A stretch of DNA of 64,000 nucleotides from Bdellovibrionales bacterium (GCA_965219095.1 CBDCMT010000001.1:1728001-1792000); one strand, 5' to 3'. Shown: positions 1 to 10,528, counted from the stretch's first letter. The notes: generated by a model not told the origin, from the letters alone. Translations and numbers: made by a program.

Positions 1-447
1 GTAACTTTAAGTGTATCTATGGGGACAGAGGCTGTTAAAAATCCTAAAATTTTAAATGAAGTCGTCCAATCTTTAACAGCTATCAGTGGTCAAAAAGCTG
101 TGATCACAAAAGCTAAAAAAGCAATTGCTGATTTTAAAATTAGAGAAGGAATGGCTTTAGGAGCTTGTGTGACTTTAAGGAAAGAAAAAATGTGGGCTTT
201 TATGGAAAGGTTTATACACTTTTCTTTGCCTAGGGTTAGGGACTTTAGAGGACTTGCTCCTAAGGGCTTTGATGGACGAGGTAATTATAATATGGGATTA
301 AAAGAGCAGTTGATTTTCCCTGAAGTGGATTATGATAAAGTGAGTAAAGTTCATGGTATGAATGTGACCTTTCACACTTCGGCAAAAACAGATGCTGAGG
401 GAAAAGCTCTTTTAGACGTGTTAGGGCTTCCTTTTAGGAAGAAGTAA
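1..447 (+). CDS. rplE: 50S ribosomal protein L5 (5'-partial)
   Basis: Frame open from base 1; [11 protein letters not shown] and LPRVRDFRG motifs. Confidence 0.97.
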   Translation, partial: VTLSVSMGTEAVKNPKILNEVVQSLTAISGQKAVITKAKKAIADFKIREGMALGACVTLRKEKMWAFMERFIHFSLPRVRDFRGLAPKGFDGRGNYNMGLKEQLIFPEVDYDKVSKVHGMNVTFHTSAKTDAEGKALLDVLGLPFRKK

Positions 448-460
448 AAAAGGAGAAAGA

Positions 461-850
461 ATGGATACAATTGGAGATTTTTTAACACGCCTTCGCAATG
501 CTGCTATGGCAGGACATGAAAAAGTTGATTTACCTAGCTCTAATTTAAGAGTAGGTTTAGCTGAAACTCTTGAAAAAAACGGTTATATTAAAGCATTTAA
601 AGTTGTTGCTTATGGAGGACAAAAACTTATGCGTATTTATTTAAAATATAACAAAAAAGGACGTCCTGTCATCTCTCATATGGAAAGAGTGAGTCGATCA
701 AGTCGTCGTGTTTATAAGAAGGCAAGTCAGTTAAAGTCCATACGTTCTGGCTATGGTCTTGCCATAATCAGTACAAACCAAGGTATATTGAGTGATAAAC
801 AAGCCCGTGAAGAAAACGTAGGTGGTGAAGTTTTATGTTATATATGGTAA
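461..850 (+). CDS. rpsH: 30S ribosomal protein S8
   Basis: DTIGDFLTRLRNA start, GGEVLCYIW end, SD AGGAG. Confidence 0.97.
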   Translation: MDTIGDFLTRLRNAAMAGHEKVDLPSSNLRVGLAETLEKNGYIKAFKVVAYGGQKLMRIYLKYNKKGRPVISHMERVSRSSRRVYKKASQLKSIRSGYGLAIISTNQGILSDKQAREENVGGEVLCYIW

Positions 851-878
851 AAGAAAAAAGGTTAAGGAGCAATCAATT

Positions 879-1424
879 ATGTCAAGAGTAGGTAAAGAGG
901 CTATTGAGTTAAACGATAAAGTTATCGTTTCTATTGAAGGTAGCCAAGTAAAGCTCAAGAGCGGAAAGTATGAAAAGCATCTTTTTCTTAAGGGTGGCAT
1001 AACAGCTGAACAAAAAAACCAACAAATCATCGTTAAACGTACTGATGATGAAGCTCAGTCAAAAGCCTATCATGGTCTTTTTCGTTCTTTGATTCAAAAT
1101 TTTGTAATAGGTATATCTCAAGGCTGGCAAAAAACGTTAGAACTTAAAGGTGTAGGTTATAAAGCTCAAGTGTCTGGGAAGATATTGAAACTGAACTTAG
1201 GCTACAGCCATCCCATTGAATATAACATACCTCAAAATATAGAGATTAAAGTAAACAAACAAACTCAAGTTGTAATTCAAGGTCCTGACAAAGAACAAGT
1301 AGGCCAAGTAGCAGCACACATTCGTAGTTATAGAGTTCCTGAACCTTATTTAGGAAAAGGAGTAAGATACTCTGATGAAGTGATTCGTCGTAAAGCAGGT
1401 AAATCAGCTACAAAAGGAAAATAA
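879..1424 (+). CDS. rplF: 50S ribosomal protein L6 (start reassigned to ATG 879)
   Basis: MSRVGK start after SD AAGGAG; PEPYLGKGVRY motif. Confidence 0.97.
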   Translation: MSRVGKEAIELNDKVIVSIEGSQVKLKSGKYEKHLFLKGGITAEQKNQQIIVKRTDDEAQSKAYHGLFRSLIQNFVIGISQGWQKTLELKGVGYKAQVSGKILKLNLGYSHPIEYNIPQNIEIKVNKQTQVVIQGPDKEQVGQVAAHIRSYRVPEPYLGKGVRYSDEVIRRKAGKSATKGK

Positions 1425-1427
1425 AAG

Positions 1428-1796
1428 ATGAGAATTCATATAACTAAAAAATTATTTCCTAGAACGAAAGGACGCTTAAAAAGAAGAGCACGTCTTAGAA
1501 AAAAGATAACAGGAACAACTCGTAGACCTAGGTTAGCTGTTTTCAGAAGCCATCTTCACATTTACGTTCAAGCTATTGATGACGAAAATCATAGAACTCT
1601 TTATCAGTCCTCTAGTCTAAATATGAAAGAAAAAATCAAGCCTGTAGACAGGGCTAAGAAAATAGGTCATAAGATTGCTAAAAAACTTATAGAAGGCCAA
1701 ATTAAGAAAGTAGTTTTTGATCGTGGTGGATATATTTATCATGGACGTATAAAAGCAGTAGCAGAAGGTGCTAGAGAAGCGGGCTTAAAGTTTTGA
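1428..1796 (+). CDS. rplR: 50S ribosomal protein L18
   Basis: RPRLAVFRS and VVFDRGGYIYHGR motifs. Confidence 0.97.
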   Translation: MRIHITKKLFPRTKGRLKRRARLRKKITGTTRRPRLAVFRSHLHIYVQAIDDENHRTLYQSSSLNMKEKIKPVDRAKKIGHKIAKKLIEGQIKKVVFDRGGYIYHGRIKAVAEGAREAGLKF

Positions 1797-1811
1797 AAAA
1801 AGGAGTGTAAA

Positions 1812-2279
1812 GTGGAAAAAAGAAGAGACGAGGAGTTTAAAGAAAGAGTTGTTTCTATTCGACGTGTAGCTAAAGTTGTAAAAGGAGGTAGGAGATTTGC
1901 ATTTTCAGCTCTTGTTGTGGCAGGTGACGGAAAGGGCCGTGTAGGAATAGGAAAAGGAAAAGGACGTGAAGTTTCTGATGCTATTAATAAAGCATCTCAC
2001 TCAGCAAAAAAAGCAGTTCAACCTTTTTATTTAAAACAAGGACGCACCATATCTCATGAAGTCGTAGGTCAGTTTGGAGCAGCAAAAGTTTTACTTATTC
2101 CAGCTTCTGAGGGAACAGGGGTCATTGCAGGAGGTTCTGTGAGAGCTGTTTTAGAGTCTTTAGGAGTTAAGGATATTTTAACAAAATGTGTAGGGACAAA
2201 TACCCCTCATAATGTTGTTTTAGCAACTTTAAATGGTCTTTCAAAGCTAAAATATGTAAAAGAAGGTGATGATGTATGA
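1812..2279 (+). CDS. rpsE: 30S ribosomal protein S5
   Basis: [22 protein letters not shown] motif. Confidence 0.97.
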   Translation: MEKRRDEEFKERVVSIRRVAKVVKGGRRFAFSALVVAGDGKGRVGIGKGKGREVSDAINKASHSAKKAVQPFYLKQGRTISHEVVGQFGAAKVLLIPASEGTGVIAGGSVRAVLESLGVKDILTKCVGTNTPHNVVLATLNGLSKLKYVKEGDDV

Positions 2280-2476
2280 GTCAGGTTTTTAGAGTCAAAC
2301 GTATTTTAAGTACGAACAATTTAGAAAGATCGCAAAAGGAAGCTTTAAGATGTTTAGGTTTAAGGAAAATTGGCTCTGAAGTTGTTGTAAAAGACAACCC
2401 TGCTATGCGGGGCCAGATTTTAAAAGTACAGCATTTAGTCAAAGTTTCCTGCGATAAGAAAAGTAAGAGAAGTTAG
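2276..2476 (+). CDS. rpmD: 50S ribosomal protein L30
   Basis: LGLRKIG and [16 protein letters not shown]; position between rpsE and rplO. Confidence 0.93.
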   Translation: MSQVFRVKRILSTNNLERSQKEALRCLGLRKIGSEVVVKDNPAMRGQILKVQHLVKVSCDKKSKRS

Positions 2477-2496
2477 AAATTAAGAGGAGTTAGAAA

Positions 2497-2946
2497 ATGT
2501 CTTTGTTATCTCAATTAAGTCCTGATCCTAAAAGTAAGAAAAAATCCATTCGTGTGGGAAGAGGTCGAAGCTCTAAGAGGGGATCTACTTCAGGCAAAGG
2601 TCATAAAGGACAAAAAGCTCGTTCAGGGTTTTCTTTAAAAAGAGGCTTTGAAGGAGGACAGATGCCTTTGTCTCGCAGGCTTCCTAAGTTTGGCTTTAAT
2701 AATAAGAATTTCAAAACATCTTATGAAATTGTAAACATAAAACAATTAGAAAAAGCTTTTAAAGATAAACAAGAGGTTAGCTCTGAAAGCTTAAAGAAAA
2801 AGGGTCTTATTCTCTCTACAAAAAGAGTTAAAATTTTAGGAAGTGGAGAGTTAAAAAAATCTTTAGAGATCAAAGTCCATAAGGTCAGTCGTTCGGCACA
2901 AAAAGCCATTGAAAGCTCTGGCGGAAAGGTACAGGTTATTTCATAA
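2497..2946 (+). CDS. rplO: 50S ribosomal protein L15
   Basis: GHKGQKARSG and GFEGGQMPLSRRLPK motifs. Confidence 0.97.
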   Translation: MSLLSQLSPDPKSKKKSIRVGRGRSSKRGSTSGKGHKGQKARSGFSLKRGFEGGQMPLSRRLPKFGFNNKNFKTSYEIVNIKQLEKAFKDKQEVSSESLKKKGLILSTKRVKILGSGELKKSLEIKVHKVSRSAQKAIESSGGKVQVIS

Positions 2947-4259
2947 TGGCACCAAAATTTATTCCTGCAGAGTTAAAAAAAAGAATCTTCTTCACTTTAA
3001 TGTGCCTTCTTATTTTTCGTTTTGGAGTAGCTCTTCCTACTCCAGGAGTTAACGGCCAAGAATTAATTGATTACTTTAACCAACAAGGAGGAAGTCTTTT
3101 TGGTGTTTTTAATACTTTTACAGGAGGAGCTTTTGAACGTTTTAGTGTGCTTTCTTTAGGGATTATGCCTTATATTTCTGCATCTATTATTTTCCAAATC
3201 TTACAAACAGCTATACCCACTTTAGAAGCTCTTAAAAAAGAGGGCGAGCAGGGGAGAAAAAAGCTCAACCAATACATTCGCTACTCAACAGTGCTTATTG
3301 CTTTTGTTCAAAGTTATGGTCTTACAAAGTTTCTACAAAACACACCAGGCCCTGCAGGTCCTATAGTACAAGTAGAATCCTTTGGTCCCATTCCTTTTGA
3401 ACTAATGACCATGCTGACTTTGACGGCAGGAACTTGTTTTCTTCTATGGCTTGGTGAATTAATGACAGAGAGAGGTGTGGGCAACGGAGTAAGTTTGATC
3501 ATTTTTGCTGGTATTGCAGCAGGGATTCCTTCAGGCACAGTGACTTTATGGGATCAGATTTCAAGAGGGGAGCTTAGCGGAATTTTAGGTCTTGGTTTGG
3601 TTTTATTTATGTTTGCAGTAGTTATGGCCATTGTTTTTATGGAAACAGGTCAAAGGCGCATTCCTGTTCAATATTCACAAAGAGCTGGTGCAAAACCAGG
3701 CCAAGCAAAACAAGTAAGCCACCTCCCTTTAAAGATTAATTTTGCAGGTGTGATTCCTCCTATTTTTGCAAGTAGCTTACTGCTCTTTCCTGCCACTTTA
3801 ACTCAATTTACTGACAATGAATCTGTTAAAAATTTTGCTGAAAACTTCTTACAGCCCACAGGTGCTTTATTCTCAGTTTTATTTGTAGCTTGTATTGCTT
3901 TCTTTTGTTTTTTTTACACAGAAATTGTTTTTAATGCAAAAGAAGTTTCTGACAATCTTAAAAAACATGGAGGCTTCATTCCTGGCATTCGTGCAGGGCA
4001 AAGTACTTCTCTTTATTTAAGGAAAGTGTTAGACCGTCTTACAGTTGTTGGTGCTATTTATCTTAGCTTGATTTGTATTTTACCCACCATTTTAATCAGT
4101 CAATTTAATTTACCTTTTTATTTTGGAGGGACAGGTTTGTTGATTTTAGTCGGTGTGATTCTGGATACTACACAACAGATTCAATCTCACTTGATCACAG
4201 CTCAGTATGATACGAGTTTTGGAGGGGTTAAGATGAAGACAAGACGAGTAAAGTACTAG
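2946..4259 (+). CDS. secY: Preprotein translocase subunit SecY
   Basis: LGIMPYISASII, GVIPPIFASS and FIPGIRAG motifs; multiple TM segments. Confidence 0.98.
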   Translation: MAPKFIPAELKKRIFFTLMCLLIFRFGVALPTPGVNGQELIDYFNQQGGSLFGVFNTFTGGAFERFSVLSLGIMPYISASIIFQILQTAIPTLEALKKEGEQGRKKLNQYIRYSTVLIAFVQSYGLTKFLQNTPGPAGPIVQVESFGPIPFELMTMLTLTAGTCFLLWLGELMTERGVGNGVSLIIFAGIAAGIPSGTVTLWDQISRGELSGILGLGLVLFMFAVVMAIVFMETGQRRIPVQYSQRAGAKPGQAKQVSHLPLKINFAGVIPPIFASSLLLFPATLTQFTDNESVKNFAENFLQPTGALFSVLFVACIAFFCFFYTEIVFNAKEVSDNLKKHGGFIPGIRAGQSTSLYLRKVLDRLTVVGAIYLSLICILPTILISQFNLPFYFGGTGLLILVGVILDTTQQIQSHLITAQYDTSFGGVKMKTRRVKY

Positions 4260-4315
4260 CTTTTTTTGTCATCACATAAAAGTGTTTTAAAAGATTTTTT
4301 AGAAAGAAAGATGTA

Positions 4316-4969
4316 TTGAAAGAGTCTGTTACAGTTTTACTTTTCGGCCCCCCTGGATCAGGTAAAGGAACTCAAGCTGTTTTTATGAAAGAAAAAAAAG
4401 GCTACTTTCACATTAGTACAGGAGACCTGATAAGAGGAGCTATGGAAGATAAGGAGTTTTCTAAGAAAGTGAGAGCTTATTCCGACAGAGGAGAGCTTGT
4501 CCCTGATGATATTATACTTTCTTTAATAGAAAAGGTGTTTGAGGGACTTTCAGAGACTGATTGTGTGGTTTTGGATGGTTTTCCTAGAACACTAAATCAA
4601 GCTTTAGCTCTTGATGAGCTTTTAAGTAAAAAGAAGCGTTCTCTGAAAGAGGTGTTTTTCCTTGATGTATCCTTAGATATCTTGAAGGAGAGGCTTTCAG
4701 GACGTAGGAGTTGTCCCAGTTGTGCTGCTGTATATCATATCAGTCAGTTTAAAAGGATGAAAAAAAAGGGCTTTTGTGACGTATGTGCTACTTTTCTTGT
4801 ACGAAGGCAGGATGATAGACCTCAGGTGATAGAAAAGAGATTTCAGGTCTATAGGAAAATTATAGCTCCCCTAGAGGATTTTTATTCTAAGAAGGGGATT
4901 TTGAGAAAAATTGATGGGGGGGGAGGTCCTGAGCACATTTTTGAGCAAATAAATAGCTTTCTAGCTTGA
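4316..4969 (+). CDS. adk: Adenylate kinase with Zn-lid (TTG start)
   Basis: GPPGSGKGTQA, LDGFPRT, two CxxC in lid. Confidence 0.96.
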   Translation: MKESVTVLLFGPPGSGKGTQAVFMKEKKGYFHISTGDLIRGAMEDKEFSKKVRAYSDRGELVPDDIILSLIEKVFEGLSETDCVVLDGFPRTLNQALALDELLSKKKRSLKEVFFLDVSLDILKERLSGRRSCPSCAAVYHISQFKRMKKKGFCDVCATFLVRRQDDRPQVIEKRFQVYRKIIAPLEDFYSKKGILRKIDGGGGPEHIFEQINSFLA

Positions 4970-5043
4970 AAAAATGGTCTTTTTAAGTTAAAAGAGTAGG
5001 AGTTAGTTTTTTATGTTTTTTGTAAAATTTTGGATTTAGAGGT

Positions 5044-5157
5044 ATGAAAGTAGGAGCATCGGTAAAGAAAATTTGTAATAAGTGTAAAATCATCAAACGG
5101 CGAGGTGTAGTTCGTGTTATTTGTGAAAATCCCCGCCATAAACAAAGGCAAGGTTAA
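5044..5157 (+). CDS. rpmJ: 50S ribosomal protein L36 (37 aa, below ORF-track cutoff)
   Basis: Hand translation [37 protein letters not shown]. Confidence 0.97.
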   Translation: MKVGASVKKICNKCKIIKRRGVVRVICENPRHKQRQG

Positions 5158-5159
5158 TA

Positions 5160-5531
5160 ATGCGTATTAGTGGTGTGGATTTACCAAAAGAAAAAAGAAT
5201 TGAAGTGGCTTTAACTTACATTTATGGCGTAGGTCGTTCTTTAGCCAAAGAAATCTGTAAGAAAGCTAATTTTCATGAAAAGCTAAGAACAAAAGACCTT
5301 ACTAATGAACAAGGTGTAACTTTAAGACAACTTCTTGATAAGGAGTATAGAGTTGAAGGAACCTTAAGACGTGAGATGGGTTTATCTATTAAGCGACTTA
5401 TGGACTTGAATTGTTATCGTGGTATTCGTCATAGAAAAGGACTTCCTGTAAGAGGCCAAAGTACAAGACAAAATGCACGTACACGTAAAGGTCCACGTAA
5501 AACAGTAGCAAATAAGAAGAAGGCGGTTTAA
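5160..5531 (+). CDS. rpsM: 30S ribosomal protein S13
   Basis: ALTYIYGVG and [11 protein letters not shown] motifs. Confidence 0.97.
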   Translation: MRISGVDLPKEKRIEVALTYIYGVGRSLAKEICKKANFHEKLRTKDLTNEQGVTLRQLLDKEYRVEGTLRREMGLSIKRLMDLNCYRGIRHRKGLPVRGQSTRQNARTRKGPRKTVANKKKAV

Positions 5532-5535
5532 TTTT

Positions 5536-5961
5536 ATGGTAACAAAACAACAGACGACAAAAGGTTCTTCGCAAACTAAAACTAAAAGAGTGGCTAAGAA
5601 AAAAGCTCAAAGAGCAGCCCCTCAAGGACATTGTTATATTAAAGCAAGTTTTGGCAATACAATTATAACAATCACTAATGCATCAGGATCGACTGTTTGC
5701 TGGTCGACAGCAGGAACTATGGGTTTTAAAGGAAGCCGTAAGGGAACACCTTTTGCAGCTCAAACTGCTGCAGAATCGGTAGCAAAAACAGCTGTTGCAA
5801 GAGGAGTTAAGTCTGTGGATGTTTTTGTAAAAGGACCGGGAGCTGGCCGTGAGTCTTCCATTAGAGCTTTATCTTATAATGGTTTAAAAATAACTTCTCT
5901 TCGGGATACAACGCCTATTCCTCATAACGGATGCCGCCCCCCTAAACGCAGGAGAAAATAA
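5536..5961 (+). CDS. rpsK: 30S ribosomal protein S11
   Basis: [14 protein letters not shown] and [12 protein letters not shown] motifs. Confidence 0.97.
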   Translation: MVTKQQTTKGSSQTKTKRVAKKKAQRAAPQGHCYIKASFGNTIITITNASGSTVCWSTAGTMGFKGSRKGTPFAAQTAAESVAKTAVARGVKSVDVFVKGPGAGRESSIRALSYNGLKITSLRDTTPIPHNGCRPPKRRRK

Positions 5962-5988
5962 AACTATTAATTGAAAAGGGAGATAGCT

Positions 5989-7476
5989 ATGGAAACAAAT
6001 AACAATTTACAGCCTCATTACCATAAGGTTTGGTCGGATTTAATACAACCTAAGGACTTTCGTGTTGATCAAGACACTTTCACCCGTAAATACGGTAAAT
6101 TTATTATACAACCTCTTGAAAGAGGTTTTGGACAAACTTTAGGAAATTCATTACGAAGAGTTCTTTTAAGTTCTATGATGGGATCTGCTCCTGTGGCTGT
6201 AAAGTTTGACAACGTTGTTCATGAATTTAGTACTTTACCTGGAGTTTTAGAAGATATTACTGATGTGATTCTTAATTTGAAGGAAGTACGTTTTCAGCAA
6301 TTTGTTCCTGAGTCTGTACATTTAAGATTTTCTAAAAAAGGTCCTGGTAAATTCTTGGCAAGTGATATTCAAACTACGGATAAAATCAGTATTATCAATC
6401 CAAATAAAGTTATAGCTAACTTAGATGAAACAGGAAGTATAGAAGGAGAATTGATTCTTAATTTTGGTCGTGGCTATGAACCTTCTGAAGCTCATAAAGA
6501 TAAAGATTTTCCTGCAGGTTTTATTGCTATGGATTCTGTATATAGCCCTGTTCGCCGTGTGAACTATTCTGTACAGAACACAAGAGTAGGACAAAGAACA
6601 GATTATGATTCTTTAACTTTAGAAATTTGGACTCATGGAAATATGATCCCTCAAGAGGCTATTGCTTTAGCATCAAAAATTCTTAAAGAGCAACTTCAGG
6701 TTTTTATCACCTTTAATGAGAACACGACTTTTGGAGAAACTGAACAAGATGATTCTGAATCCGATCCTATCAATCCTATTTTCTTCAAACTTGTCGATGA
6801 ACTAGAACTCTCAGTAAGAAGTACTAATTGTTTGAAAAATGCGGACATTCGTTTTATTGGTGAACTTGTTACTCGTACAGAGATAGACATGTTAAAGACA
6901 AAGAATTTTGGTCGTAAATCTTTAAATGAAATCAAAGAAGTTCTTCAACCTATGAATCTTTTCTTAGGAATGAAAGTTCTTGGTTGGCCACCTAAAAATT
7001 GGGATCGCAAAGGCCCTCCTCCTGGTTATGAAAATAAAGAGGAGTTAAACACTCCTTTAAAAGAAATAAAAGTACCACCTACTTATGAAGGACAAGACTA
7101 TGATGAGAACGTAATGTCACCTAATAAAACTTCTTCTTCTCCTCCTCCTACGCCTCCTACTCCTACTCCTATGCCTCCTCCTCCTACTCCTACTCCTACT
7201 CCTACTCCTACTCCTCCTCCTACTCCTACTCCTATGCCTCCTACTCCTACGCCTCCTACTCCTACTCCTACTCCTACTCCTACTCCTACTCCTACTACTC
7301 CTACTCCTCCTACTCCTACTCCTACTCCTACTCCTACTCCTACTCCTCCTACTCCTCCTCCTCCTCCTATGCCTCCTACTCCTCCTCCTACTCCTACTCC
7401 TACTCCTACTCCTACTCCTACTCCTACTCCTACTCATGAAAAACAGGAGGATTCAGAAGGGGAAAATAAAGAGTGA
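5989..7476 (+). CDS. rpoA: RNA polymerase alpha subunit with long C-terminal Pro/Thr-rich extension
   Basis: PLERGFGQTLGNSLRRVLLSS; alpha-CTD LELSVRSTNCL and KNFGRKSLNEI; ATG 5989 follows an SD. Confidence 0.96.
   Translation: METNNNLQPHYHKVWSDLIQPKDFRVDQDTFTRKYGKFIIQPLERGFGQTLGNSLRRVLLSSMMGSAPVAVKFDNVVHEFSTLPGVLEDITDVILNLKEVRFQQFVPESVHLRFSKKGPGKFLASDIQTTDKISIINPNKVIANLDETGSIEGELILNFGRGYEPSEAHKDKDFPAGFIAMDSVYSPVRRVNYSVQNTRVGQRTDYDSLTLEIWTHGNMIPQEAIALASKILKEQLQVFITFNENTTFGETEQDDSESDPINPIFFKLVDELELSVRSTNCLKNADIRFIGELVTRTEIDMLKTKNFGRKSLNEIKEVLQPMNLFLGMKVLGWPPKNWDRKGPPPGYENKEELNTPLKEIKVPPTYEGQDYDENVMSPNKTSSSPPPTPPTPTPMPPPPTPTPTPTPTPPPTPTPMPPTPTPPTPTPTPTPTPTPTTPTPPTPTPTPTPTPTPPTPPPPPMPPTPPPTPTPTPTPTPTPTPTHEKQEDSEGENKE
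7141..7434 (+). repeat. Coding microsatellite of CCT/ACT codons, mostly (CCTACT)n, in rpoA
   Basis: Directly visible; about 98 codons, almost all Pro/Thr. Confidence 0.95.
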
Positions 7477-7958
7477 GACATAGAATTCATAAAAAGGGCT
7501 TTCATAGAGATTCGGCACAAAGAAAGGCACTCATAAGAGGCTTAGTGTGTTCTTTAGTAGATCACAAACGTATAAAAACCACCTTAGCTAAGGCTAAAGA
7601 GCTTCGCCGTCATGTAGAAAAGGCAGTGACTTTAAGTCGCAAAGGAGGAGTTCATGTCCATCGAGTTCTTCTTTCAAAATATCCTCATAAACCCACAGTG
7701 AAATCTTTAGTTAATGAAATAGGACCGCAAATGAAAGATCGTCCAGGAGGCTACACCCGTATTTTAAAGTTAGGAAGAAGACAAGGAGATCAAGCTCCTA
7801 TGGCTATAATTGAATTTGTTAACTATAAACAAGAAAAGCCTGCAGAGCTTTCTCGTACAGAGAAAAAGAACCAAGAAAGGAAAAAAATCTTAAAGAAAAA
7901 GGAAAAAAGACGATCTGTGCGAGAAATGAAAGAGTTATCTCGCAAAATTAATAGATAA
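7473..7958 (+). CDS. rplQ: 50S ribosomal protein L17
   Basis: IKTTLAKAKELR and RPGGYTRILK; GTGA overlap with rpoA stop. Confidence 0.96.
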   Translation: MRHRIHKKGFHRDSAQRKALIRGLVCSLVDHKRIKTTLAKAKELRRHVEKAVTLSRKGGVHVHRVLLSKYPHKPTVKSLVNEIGPQMKDRPGGYTRILKLGRRQGDQAPMAIIEFVNYKQEKPAELSRTEKKNQERKKILKKKEKRRSVREMKELSRKINR

Positions 7959-8015
7959 CAACTTTTTTAAGTTTCTTTAAGGGATCTCTATTTCTATTAA
8001 AAACCGGAGGGTTGT

Positions 8016-8567
8016 TTGGTAAGTTTAAAGCAAGGGTTTAGTTTTTTCTTAGGCGTAGCTCTTATTTTTAGCTTTTATTTCTATAAGCAAACAGCTCTTT
8101 TTAAAAAAGAGTCCTTGGTTTCTATATGTCAAGATGTATCAAAGATTTTAAAGCCCCTTTCTTTTCCCCTAGTGGAAAATTCTCTTTCAAAAATAGGCTT
8201 TTCTCATTTTGAAGATCAAATGTATTTGATCCATTTTTGGAGATCTGACTGTGCTCCTTGCTTGGATGAATGGCCTGAGTTAATTAAATTTGTCAAAAAA
8301 AGCCACATTCCTTTGGTTAGTCTTACAAGTGATTCCAAAGAAAGTGTGATTAGTTTTTTTAAGTCTTTAAAATTACCCCTTCATGAAAATAAAGTCTATT
8401 TAGGCTTAGATCAAAGTGATCTGATTCGAAAGATGTTTTCCGTAAGGTTCCTTCCTCAAACTTACCTTATCGGCCCTAGAGGGAAACTTCTGAGAATTTT
8501 TATAGGAAAAGAGAACTGGAACAGAGAGAAAATGCTAAATTATTTTAAAAGTAAAGACTTTTGTTGA
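8016..8567 (+). CDS. TlpA/ResA-like thiol-disulfide oxidoreductase
   Basis: N-terminal TM; FWRSDCAPC (CxxC); LPQTYLIG cis-Pro motif. Confidence 0.8.
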   Translation: MVSLKQGFSFFLGVALIFSFYFYKQTALFKKESLVSICQDVSKILKPLSFPLVENSLSKIGFSHFEDQMYLIHFWRSDCAPCLDEWPELIKFVKKSHIPLVSLTSDSKESVISFFKSLKLPLHENKVYLGLDQSDLIRKMFSVRFLPQTYLIGPRGKLLRIFIGKENWNREKMLNYFKSKDFC

Positions 8568-8687
8568 CTGAAATGTATTTACAGGCTCTCTTTTAACGTT
8601 TTTTGATTTTCCAGAATCAACTTACTAACAGAATTCTATAAAATGGCCTGTGAACTTTTGTAAGTTCTTAGAATCATTAAAAAATTT

Positions 8688-10194
8688 GGCTCCTCCCGGG
8701 AATCTGTGGGTGAAAAGTAGTAGAAATCCCCCAAAAGAGCTCATATTAATCAAAGTAAGAGTAAGACATTCTATCTTGTATTTTTGAGTTCTTTGAGGCC
8801 TTTACTGGCCTCTATCACCTCCGGTGATTGAACTCAAAAACATTCATTTATTTGCTGTATTACATTAAAATTTTAAAAAAGAAGCACCTACTTCCCAGAT
8901 GCCTTAAAATGTTATTCAAAAAAAAAAAAAGGAGGGAAGAGATGCTTTTGAAGACTATACTAAATGATTGTTTAAGATGGAAGTCTTTTGTATACGGAGA
9001 CATTTATTTTTCAAAAGATAGAAAGTCAATTAATGTTCCTATTAAGGCTCGTAAAAATGGCCAAGCTTTTTGTAGTGTTTGTAAGAAGCCCTGTTCAGTG
9101 TATGACAGCAGTAAATCATCACGGGACTTTGAATCCCTTCCTATTTTAAGTTACAGGGTGTTTTTTGTTTATTTTGTAAGAAGAGTTAATTGTCCTTGCT
9201 GTGGGGTAAAAGTTGAGTATTTACCTTGGGCCGATGGTAAGAAGAGTTTAACGATCTTTTACATGAAGTACTTAGCAGACTGGTGTCGTCACCTGTCTTG
9301 GAAAGAGGTTTCTTGTAAGTTTCATGTCAGTTGGAATCAGGTCTATGCTTCGGTAGAATGGGTCGTAGAATATGGTTTAAAACAAAGGGTTTTAAAGGGA
9401 ATACAAGCTATAGGTGTAGATGAAATACAATGGAAAAAGAACCATCAGTATCTCACCTTAGTCTATGAAATAAGCAAAGAAAGTGTTCGTTTGCTATGGA
9501 TAGGAGAAAAAAAACAGAAAAGAGTTTTAGAAAATTCTTTGATTTACTAGGAGAGAAGTCAAAAGAGATACGGTTTGTGTGCTCTGATATGTGGAAGCCT
9601 TATTTAAAAGTCATAAAGGAGAGGGCAAGTCAAGCTTTGAATATATTAGATCGGTTTCATATCGTAGCAAGACTCAATAAGGCTTTAGACGAAGTGAGAG
9701 CTTCAGAACACAAAAAAATGAAAGAAGATGGGTATGAACCCCTTTTAACAAAAGCTAGATGGCCCTTGTTAAAAAATGCAGAAAATTTAAAATCTTATGA
9801 AAAAGTAAAATTAAGGCATTTAATACAGTACAATTTAAAAAGTATCCGCTGTTATCTTTTAAAAGAAGACTTCCGACAGTTATGGACCTATGTTTCACCA
9901 ACTTGGGCTGGTAAATTTATAGACAGTTGGACGAGACGAGTCATGCTTTCAAAAATTGAACCTATGAAAAGAGAAGCAAAAACCATACGAAGACATAAGC
10001 TACTTATTCTTAATTACTTCAAGGCTAAAAAAACCTTCTCCTCAGGGATTGTAGAGGGTTTAAACAACAAAGTAAAACTCACTATGAGAAAATCTTACGG
10101 CTTTAGAACCTCTAAAGCTATAAAAATCGCCTTATATCATAACCTTGGAAAACTGCCAGAACCTCCGGGAACCCACAGATTCTTTTGAGGAGGC
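8688..10194 (+). mobile_element. ISL3-family IS, full length; transposase 8942-10188 split at an A8 run
   Basis: Imperfect TIRs GGCTCCTCCCGGGAATCTGTGGGT / ACCCACAGATTCTTTTGAGGAGGC; IGVDE, SDMW, DRFH and EGLNNK..RKSYGFR motifs. Confidence 0.92.
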
Positions 10195-10528
10195 TAATAA
10201 AATTAACAACTTAGCCGTCACTGTCTATCTTAAAATTTCCTGAAAGTTCTCTAAGGTTCCTTCATTTTTTACTCTGAACTCACTCTAAACAAACTAAGTA
10301 TGTGACAAGTTACTTGTAGTTTTATAAGAGCTTAGCTTTTGTACTTACTTTTGAAAGCCAGGATTTAATTGTTGTATTATCTCTAGCGACATCCTTTCTG
10401 GTACTTTCTTATTTTCTTATTTTCTTGTTTTTACAGTAGATTAGCAAAGGATGTCGCAGTGAGGCCGTTTGAAAGAAATTCTCTTAAAATCACTTGAAAA
10501 GAAAGTTTTTTTATATTATTACAACCGT

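Noticed and set aside
7117..7437. Arg/Ser-rich SR-like protein
   Set aside because: Antisense reading of the rpoA (CCTACT)n tract
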